A stretch of 64,000 bases of DNA from assembly GCA_951406725.2 (NCBI GenBank), contig OX597823.1, positions 40,300,001 through 40,364,000 on the forward strand, given 5' to 3'. The number at the start of each line of letters is the position of its first letter. Positions within the stretch are counted from its first letter, which is position 1. Positions 54,102 to 64,000 of this stretch are shown piece by piece. A model generated the notes under the pieces. That model did no database searches and was not told where the DNA came from. It saw only the letters and a program-made list of their open reading frames with translations. This stretch comes from Octopus vulgaris (Eukaryota). A program made the translations under genes and the position numbers.

Positions 54102-54312
54102 GTATGTGTGTGTGTCTGCGTTTGTTCCCCCAACATCGCTTGACAACAGATGCTGGTGTGTTTACGTTCCCGTAACTTAGCGGTTCGGCAAAAGAATCTG
54201 ACAGAATAACTACTAGGCTTATAAAGAATAAGTCCTGGGTTCGATGTGCTCGCCTAAAGGTGGTGCTCCATCATGGCCGCAGTCAAATGACTGAAACAAG
54301 TAAAAAAATGAA
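53474..54312 (+). mobile_element. SINE family B full copy (53474-53894) plus a further 3' half (54121-54312)
   Basis: Same family motifs as the 52531 copy. Confidence 0.92.
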
Positions 54313-54345
54313 AGAAAAGAAAGAATAAAGATTTATTATAATTAA

Positions 54346-54903
54346 GGGCATAGAAAAATTTAGCCTATATGTTGAAAAAGAGACGCTAAATTGTCCAACC
54401 AGTTTAAATTATCACAAAATTACACTTGTTTTGAAATCGATGCAGTAAGCTAAAGGAAATTCCTAAAAATACAATTAGTTCTGGATTGATCAATTAGTTA
54501 GTTCTGGATTAGCCTAATGGCTTTTCCACGTCAGCAGAGTATATTCACTTCGGGACAATCTAGTCACTTATGGACTGCTCTGACCGAAAACACACATGCT
54601 GAGATAGGCTACGAAATTCGATCTGGAAGTATTTGTGGTATTTATGTGTAATCATGGCTTTGCGTTTGCTTGCCTGTGGGTATGTATAAATATCTCAATT
54701 ATTTCCCCAAGTATGCTCTGCTGACGAGAAAAAGCCATTAGGCTTATCCAGAAATTAACCAATCCAGAGTTAACTGTATTTTTATGAATTTACTTTAGCT
54801 TACTCCCGCGATTTCAACACGTGCGTAATTTTGTGGTGGTTTGAAGTGGCTGGACGATTTAGCGTCTATTTTCAGCATATAGGCCATGTTTTTTTCGATG
54901 TCC
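54346..54903. mobile_element. MITE with about 200-bp TIRs and TTAA TSD (Kolobok-like)
   Basis: TTAA|gggcatagaaaaa ... tttttcgatgtcc|TTAA; arms about 54346-54545 and 54710-54903 are reverse complements; purine-purine start fits Kolobok rather than piggyBac (CCC). Confidence 0.82.
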
Positions 54904-55065
54904 TTAATTATGATTATAAATATGACTACACCTTAATAGGCCTATTTTTATATGCTGGCCACTGCTAAAATCTTTAAAGATTTTATCCTTTATTATATAT
55001 ATATATATATATATATATCTGTATATATGTATATACAAATATACAAAAAAATATATATGTGTATA

Positions 55066-55112
<47 letters not shown>

Positions 55113-55154
55113 TATACATATATATATATGTGTATATATATATACATATATATA

Positions 55155-55210
<56 letters not shown>

Positions 55211-55921
55211 TATATATATGTAAGTATGCAAATATACTTGCATATATAATGCATACACACACAGATACATAAAGACAAACACAAGCACAAGCGCAGCATT
55301 CTTTGTTCTATTCTAGGAAGGCGATTTCTTACAATATACATACAAGAAAATAGAAACCTTCTTCCTAAAATTCTAATCACGCAATACAGAACTAAGAGGG
55401 AATAAAAATTGTACGAAAGGTATGACTACCAATGAATCGTCGTTCATTAAATGACTCGTTCTTTCTTTTTTGATGTTTGACAAAGAAATTAAGCAATCAA
55501 TTGTTCAATTATTTATCTAGTTTGTTGATATGACCCTGAAATGGAAAGTTGACCGTTACCAAGTAAAAACAAAATCTGCTTTCAGCGCACAGTGAAGAAT
55601 CTTGGAGTCTAAATCCTAAAACCACACACACACACGCACGCACACACACACACACACACACACAAGCACAAGCACAAGCACACACGCGCGCACATGTAGT
55701 GTACATGCATATGAATTCTCTCTTACACCCATACATACAGAAGCAGTTGTTATAGATATATATATAGATTTATGTGAATTGTATAGGTATATATGTATAT
55801 ATACATACATGGAAGTATACATATATGTGTATGTGTGTTTGTGTGTGCATGTGTGTGCGCGTACATATATATTCTCTATTTCTCTCTTCTCTCCTATATA
55901 TATGTATATATATATATATTT

Positions 55922-55974
<53 letters not shown>

Positions 55975-56348
55975 AATACATATATATATATGCGTACTTA
56001 GAAATCTAAATTGAGGGTGTAGAATGGGGAAAATGTATGCTACATATGTTTCTTAACTCGCTGAATCTGGTGATGCAATACTTACGTATCATGAACTGCA
56101 GTTAGTTAAGAAATGATTGTAGCGTGCATTTTCCTTATTCCACTCGCTCACTTTGGATTTTTATTCGCATATTTACCACCAATAGTTACTAATAGTGAGC
56201 TATTTAGTAACAATCAGCTAATCGAATTTCTTTAGCAACTTAGGAATGGAAATATTCTCTAATTCTCGATGCCAATAAGTTGCTGTATCTCTCAAGCTTT
56301 TGTTCTTCATATCAGCTGCTTTTATTTATTTATTTATCTATTTATTTG

Positions 56349-56398
<50 letters not shown>

Positions 56399-56403
<5 letters not shown>

Positions 56404-57756
56404 CAAGGAAAAATTGTAAAAAGGCAGAATGCTAAACTGAAAGAAAATTTTAATGAAAATGGGTGTATAGAAAAAGTTTTTGAAAAATTGATAATATATA
56501 TATATTAATTCAAAATCGGTTTTCGTAATAATGTGACTTTTCAAGAATTGTAAAGAGAAAAAATTTTTTTAAATGTGAGGAGGTGGAAAAAAGAAAATTA
56601 CATTGTTTTTTGCAAAAAAATAATAATAAATATATACAAAAATTAAAAAATAGGTACTCCGATACATTGTGAAGTCTTTGTGTATCTTGAGTTTAATGAT
56701 TGTTCACGAAAAAATTACCTTGAAGTATTGAGGTCCAATGGGATTAAATCCATGTGTTGTTTAATTTAATTAAGGGTGTCTCTTAAGTGGATGGCAAAAT
56801 AGGAAGTAGTAGTAGTAGTCCAGTTCCTGTGTTGTGAATAAGGGGAGACCACTCTATGGGTTTTAAGCTCTTCAATTTGTGTTTATCAATTTTTTGTAAT
56901 AAAGGGTGTTAATAAACCTTAAATTATAAAATTATCATTTTAGCTTCATTTGCATTATCTTTTTTATATAATTGTTTGCTAACTTAACATTCAGATTTTA
57001 ACACTTTATTTATATTATTTTCTAATTATATAAATTTGCATAAACCAATTTATAATTACATTTCAGATTGTTATGTCATATATAATAAAAATGATAGTAA
57101 TAATAACAACAATAATAATAATGATATTTAAAGAATGTAAGTTTCAGCTTGAAGTGATGACTGCATGGTATCCTTATATATTTGTGTTAGTCCATCCATG
57201 AAGAATGAGGTAGAAAAAAAAGTATGATCAACGAGGAGTTTGCATATTAAGAATTTTTCAATAAAGAGATTCTCCTTGTTAATTCTCTCCTGGGTAGTGA
57301 TCCCGTCTTTACATTGGTAGAAGGGAAATATGTAGAATTTGGGATTTTTGTCTTTAGCGCATGAGTCTATGTGGTCACTCAGTGGGATTTGCCGGTATTC
57401 CGGGAGATTTATTTGTTCTTTATGCACCGCTACTCGTTTACGTAACAGGAGGCTCGTTTGTTCAACATAATTATGTTGGCAACCAGCGCATGTGAGAACG
57501 TAGATAAGGTTCTCGGAGGAACAGGAGAAGTTAGTCTTGATTTTAAACTTCGTTCCTTGTTTGAAGATAAATTCAGAGCCTTCAAGTAGGAAGGGGCAGG
57601 TGGCACAGTTTGGGCGTGCACATTTTTTAACTGCTGGGGGTGGATGTGGTGTTTGATATTTTATCAATTTTTCAAAAACTTTTTCCATACACCCACTTTC
57701 ATTAAAATTTTCTTTCAATTTAGCATTCTGCCTTTTTACAATTTTTCCTTGCTTAT
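56399..57756. repeat. 96-bp inverted repeats (56399-56494, 57661-57756) bracketing a Penelope fragment
   Basis: Arms are reverse complements with 3 mismatches. Confidence 0.92.
57250..57640 (-). pseudogene. Penelope-like element GIY-YIG endonuclease domain
   Basis: [15 protein letters not shown]...[40 protein letters not shown]...[13 protein letters not shown]; YIG motif reads YVE; RT absent. Confidence 0.9.
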
Positions 57757-57792
57757 CATTTCTCCACGTGCGAACCCCACCATTTATTGATC

Positions 57793-58237
<445 letters not shown>

Positions 58238-59015
58238 TATATATATATATATATATATTTTGAATGCATCTCGTATATTAAGATAGAGAAATTTTGGCGA
58301 AGCATTGCGCGATATTGCATTAATGAAACTTGTTGGATAAGGCTGAAACAATGTGCAAAGATATAAGGTAAACTACATTAAAGAAATAAGTGTAAACGAA
58401 GTTGTAGTTTTACGTTGAATTTCTATATTTCAAGGCTATGAACTGTTCTTCAGGACGTGTGTAAAAGTGAAGGATTGAGAATTGTAGGGGAGTAAGATGA
58501 CATGTGCTGTGTGGTGTTGTTATAATAACTAGTCTGCTTCATGTAGGTATGACTGGGTACACCTCATTGACAAGGACCAAGAAGACCCAACTGAACTTGG
58601 TTATCTTCGCCTTGCTCTCATATTCTTCATAACACAGCATGCCTATGAAAAGATATTCTCTCAGACAAAAAACACAGCATCATATCTTTCAAAGTGTATA
58701 TTTACTAGATATGGTAGTAACGTCTGTCTACCATACCATGCAATATATACGCCTCTCTCTATCTTTATCTCTCTCTCTCTCCCCATGTGTATACATACAT
58801 GCACACACACACACACGTATATATATATACACACATTTATATATATGTACTCGCGTTTGTATATAGAAATATAAACGTATATACACCTCTACACAAATAC
58901 ACACTCACATACTTATGTATATTGATATAGACACCAATTCACACATGCACACTCATATCGGTATGTGTGTAAGCAATTAGATGCACACAAACATAATACA
59001 TACATAAATTTTATT

Positions 59016-59144
<129 letters not shown>

Positions 59145-59835
59145 CTAGGCGTATATGCACACATATATATGCAAACATATTCATTATTATTTGCATCAAA
59201 CATTTCTCGAAAAATTGCATTAGTGAATCAGTTTTACCACCGGCGAAATGTAAATTTGATCACTCACAGACAAACACGCGTGCGCAAACAAGCACTTATG
59301 TATGTACGTGTATACACACTAATTTATGATGTAAAATTGAAGTCACACGCATATGCTGTACACACATACAGACACATACACACAAACACTCACATACATT
59401 TATGTACGTGTTTTTAGTGAATTTAAATATAATAGATGAATGTACATGCAAATATATATTTACGGAAGCACGTGTGTCTGTATTATACTTGTTTGTGTGT
59501 GTGTGTGTGTGTGCGTGTGCATGCGCGCGCCTGATTATAAGCATATCTATCTATCCATCTATCTATGTATCTAACTATCTACTTAAGTATGCAGAAGTTT
59601 ATATATTCATACATACATGATTTTACACTGTGGGTGTATGTACTGTTTGATATTTATGTGTGTAGATATGATACTTCATATATGAATTCTACACGCTTGA
59701 GACCGAACACCAATACATTATGGTTTGAAAATGCAATTTAGAAATAATAACTGTAATGAAAAGACCGCCTTATTATACACACGAACTTGTCTGATTAAGG
59801 TTTCAGCCTTCGTAACAGTAATGTGTTAATGATTC

Positions 59836-59885
<50 letters not shown>

Positions 59886-60209
59886 TATTTACGGAGATAG
59901 ATTACTACGCGTTTCTGACGAACACCTTTCAACTCTAGTTGAATTTCTCTACATTCACATTTCAACTGACGCTCAAATTCAAAACACCCTTGCTTTTCAA
60001 ATTTGGTCTTGTCCTTGAAGTTAATTCGTCCAGGCTTCTACTCATCGAGAATGGAAATCATGAATATTTAGCGCAAATTGTATGTTTGATTATCGTTCTT
60101 TCTTTCCATCTCTCTTTCTTTCATTTATTAATACTTTTCACAAATGATATGCTTATGATATATATATATATAATAAAATATCATATTATATTATATTATA
60201 TATGTATGT

Positions 60210-60294
<85 letters not shown>

Positions 60295-60322
60295 TGTATG
60301 TATGTATATATATATATATATG

Positions 60323-60392
<70 letters not shown>

Positions 60393-60393
60393 T

Positions 60394-60667
60394 ACAATTG
60401 CAGTGTGGAATGTATTTATAGGGTATTTAAGAAACACACAAAACCGTTAGAATCACTTTAACTGACTGCAGCACGGAATTTTGTCAGTGAACTGGTCACG
60501 GTTTCAAACCGGCGAAAATACTTTGGCAAATAAAGTGTAAATGTTGCAGTGAATCTAACAGCTTTGTGTGTTTCTTAAATGGCTTATAAACACCTTCCAT
60601 GCTGCAATTGTTTTCGTTCCGGCACACGATCTCAGATCCGGTCACTTGCCATGCAAGTACATCTCTG

Positions 60668-60668
<1 letters not shown>
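60394..60668. repeat. Penelope pLTR-like repeat with 64-bp inverted arms (60394-60457, 60548-60611)
   Basis: Arms are reverse complements with roughly 10 mismatches; loop holds a hammerhead-like motif at 60480-60530. Confidence 0.75.
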
Positions 60669-60707
<39 letters not shown>

Positions 60708-60836
60708 AGTGTACATTTAAACACATAAGAGATGGCCATAACAGAACATCTGACCCTCTAGAAGGAGTAGTTAAATCCCTAACCACTATTAGGGGTAATT
60801 TCAAAAAGGACTGAAAAAAACAACATTTGCCCTCTA

Positions 60837-60911
60837 TTTCCTGTACCATGGTTTCAAGCAATCTTTAGCAAATAAAATAATTTACTAGGTGAAGCTCTCA
60901 TCAGCAGGAAA
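60837..60911 (-). ncRNA. minimal type I hammerhead ribozyme with fully canonical core
   Basis: Minus: UUUCCUG (stem I) CUGAUGA GAGC...GCUU (stem II) GAAA C-CAUG-G UA | CAGGAAA; perfect 7-bp stem I, palindromic ACCAUGGU stem III, GUA cleavage triplet. Confidence 0.85.
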
Positions 60912-61273
60912 GCCAAGATTAACATATAAAGACGAGGCGATACAGGACATGCTTCATGTTTACATGTTATAATGTTTCAAAATCCACCGCGCAAGTGCGG
61001 TTTTTTATCGGACGTAAATACAAGAATGCCGATTTTCTTCCAAAATTAGCCAAAAATCATTATATCATTATTAATAAATTCCAGGGTAGCAATAGAAATT
61101 AGAAAATTTCTTTGCTACCAGTGGTCAAGTGAGAAGAAAAAACTAGTCAATAAACTATATATTATTCATATAAAAATACAGTGTACATTTAAACACATAA
61201 GAGACGGCGATAGCAGGACATCTATTAGGGATAATTTCGAAAGGGATTGAAAAATAAGAACATTTACTCTCTA

Positions 61274-61348
61274 TTTCCTGTACGATGGTTTCAATCTATC
61301 TTCAGGAAACAAAATAACTTACTAGGCGAAGCTCTCATAAGCAGGAAA
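61274..61348 (-). ncRNA. paralogous hammerhead copy with mutated core
   Basis: UUUCCUG-CUUAUGA-GAGC...GAAA-CCAUCG-UA-CAGGAAA; G5 changed to U and stem II damaged. Confidence 0.72.
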
Positions 61349-61422
61349 GCCAAGATTAACGTAAAGACGAGGCGATACAGAACATGCCTCGTGTTATTTT
61401 ATCGGCAGCGAATACAGTTATG

Positions 61423-61567
<145 letters not shown>

Positions 61568-61729
61568 ATGTGTGTGTGTGCGTGTATATATATATATATA
61601 TATAATTATTTGCAGGATCTTCTCGCTTGTGCTTGCCCTTTTATTTAACCTGAGAAAGAATTTACCTCCGATATGTTGTCACAAATTTTTTTCCGTTAAA
61701 GTGTTAAGCTAATGTATTTACGCTATGTA

Positions 61730-61810
<81 letters not shown>

Positions 61811-61969
61811 TTATAAATTATAATAATAAATTATTAACTTTGAGGTTTTTATTCCCATGCTAGCCACCTGATAAGATCGGTATTTTAAATAACGATCTTA
61901 TCCTAATTTGTATATATATACTACTAATATAGGATAAGATGTTTTTTCAGAAAAAAATTTCATCAAAAG

Positions 61970-62783
61970 TGGGTCATCCCATAAATAATGTGCTCTTTTC
62001 AATTACGTGAACTAAAAGTCGGAGGGGGATAGGATAAACTACCTGTATCAACTTGCTATAAAACAGGCAATAATTAAACCTTGTTTTTAGTCTTAGTGCA
62101 GGTTTTGAAGAGTGCAGTTCGCCTTTAACAGTTATTGTTTCAAGGCTTCAATAGAAATGACAAAGGAGCATTTTCGGCGTATTTTGCTTTATGAATTCAA
62201 TAAAGGCAACAACGCAACGGAATGTGCGAGGAATATTAATGCAGTATATAGGGATCGGAGAATAAGAGTCTACGGAGTCAACGGTGGTTCCAGAAATTCT
62301 GAGCCGTAAACTACAACCTAGAAGACGAGCCTTGTCCTGGAGCCTCGTCTGTAGAGCTCGACGAGGACGTCCTGCAAAACCTGGTGGAACAAAATCCCAT
62401 CGTAACTGTTGAGGAACTAGTAGGGAAGCTTGTATTTAGTCATTCAACCATTCATCGACACCAGCCCTAGAAGAAAAAAGACCATCTTCGGTTTCAGGAT
62501 AATGCTCGGCTACATACAAAAATGATGACATTCCAAAGGCCGTATTTGCCAGACATTGCTCCCATCTGATCATCATTTATTCCGCAGTCTTCAAAATCAT
62601 TTGGACGGAAAAAGTATGAATTCTGTAGACGAAGTGGGGCTTTGCAAGTCTACAGGATAGATGGAAGAGTATTGTAGAAAATGAAGGAGAGTATATTTTA
62701 GATTAAAAATGTACTTTGTTTATCTTAATTTTGAAAGATAGAAAAGGTATAAAAAACACCGCAGTATTTATGGGATGACCCAA
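61970..62783 (+). mobile_element. mariner transposon with both TIRs and a deleted, frameshifted transposase (about 62157-62706)
   Basis: TIRs tgggtcatcccataaata / tatttatgggatgacccaa|TA; MTKEHFRRILLYEFNKGNNATECARNI, QDNARLH, PYLPDIAPSDHHLFRSLQNHL, GEYILD*. Confidence 0.93.
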
Positions 62784-62867
62784 TATATATATATATACAT
62801 ATATATATGTTTATATGTATATATATATGTATGTATATATATATATATATAAAACATACATATACAC

Positions 62868-62944
<77 letters not shown>

Positions 62945-63509
62945 TGTATGTATGTATGTATGTATTCACGCATGCACACACCTACATATACAAATGCATA
63001 CAGCGAGGGAGAGAGAGAGAGAGACAAGAATGGGAAGCTTTTGCGAGTGCTATTGATATATATGTATGAGCATATCTATATACAAATGTATGTGTATATA
63101 CATATACATGTATGTGTGTGTGTTTCTGTATATGTATACATATCTTTATGTGTATATGTAGGTATGTTTTCGGTGAGACGTGTGTGTGAATATGAATAAA
63201 TGAATGTATATACATGTACGAATGTGTACTTGTGTTGTTGGTGGTGGATGTATGATAATGGCGGCGGCGGTTAGTGTTGTTGTGGTGGTGCTGGTGGCGG
63301 AGGTAGCGGCTGTGGCTGGTGTTGCGTCGGAGAATGTTGGGTTGGGTAAATATTGCTCTATTGTGTGTTTTAAACATATATTGATTGACTGTGCACATTG
63401 GAGACACTTCCGCCATTTCTATCCGATTTCTATTGCTTTTACATCTGGCAACACAACAGACCAGACAATAGCATCTTGTTCTCTACTTTTCTTCTTTTCT
63501 ATCTTCCGT

Positions 63510-63565
<56 letters not shown>

Positions 63566-64000
63566 TTCTTTTTCGTTCCTTTTCTTTTATACTTTTCTTT
63601 CTTACCTTCTCGTGTATAATTTGCTTTTCTGTTTTTTCTTTTATCTCTTTCTTTCTTTCTTCCTTTCTTTTTTTCTTTCTTTCTTGCTTTGTTTTTGTTT
63701 TTGTTTGTTTCTTTGTTTAGCCCTTACATTTCTAATCCTTGCTCTCCTTCTCCTTCTCAATGGAAATATCTCTCTCTTTCAGTCGCTGCCCCTTAATCTT
63801 ACCACATTTTTATTCCCCTTTCCGTCATATTTGTTTCTCACCTCTCTCTCTTTCTTTTCTCCTTTCTCTTTCTTCCTCTATCTCTTTCTATTATTTTCTT
63901 TCATTCTCTCCTTAATCTTTTACTCTCCACTTACGTGCTCTTTGTATTAGCCTCATTCCTTCATTCCTTCATTCCTTCATTCATCATTTCCCCTCTCTCC

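Larger units (their letters stand above)
60704..61395 (-). mobile_element. retrozyme-like element: direct repeats 60704-60960 and 61176-61395 around a 215-bp non-coding spacer
   Basis: Both repeats begin atacagtgtacatttaaacacataagaga and end gacgaggcgatacag.acatgc; each holds a hammerhead at the same position; no ORF. Confidence 0.78.

Noticed and set aside
57128-57718. 196-aa ORF as a functional host nuclease gene
   Set aside because: Non-ATG start inside an inverted repeat, YIG motif altered, no RT; best read as a Penelope remnant.

Overview
AT-rich, microsatellite-saturated eukaryotic DNA with no intact protein-coding gene that I can support; it reads as intronic or intergenic. The repeat spectrum (several tRNA-headed SINE families, long (TA)n/(CA)n/(AAT)n tracts) resembles a coleoid cephalopod, probably Octopus; that is an inference, not verified. 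Almost all ORFs in the track are microsatellite artefacts. Real content: four tRNA-derived SINE families in many copies, some with clean TSDs; decayed L1/Tx1, R4/Dong-type, RTE and CR1-type LINE fragments; two mariner and two Tc1/DD37D-like remnants; a Merlin/IS1595-type transposon with long TIRs; a TTAA-flanked MITE; a non-autonomous Helitron; and Penelope GIY-YIG remnants. The most notable signal is a set of minimal type I hammerhead ribozyme (HHR) motifs. Two pairs sit in direct repeats with a retrozyme-like layout: 60704-61395 (one fully canonical core, predicted 437-nt monomer) and 51597-52194 (477-nt unit). A neighbouring motif at 60480-60530 may carry a compensatory G3-C8 core swap. A few non-repetitive, motif-dense islands are weak enhancer candidates. 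Alignments, translations and folds were done by eye, so the ends of degenerate elements are approximate.
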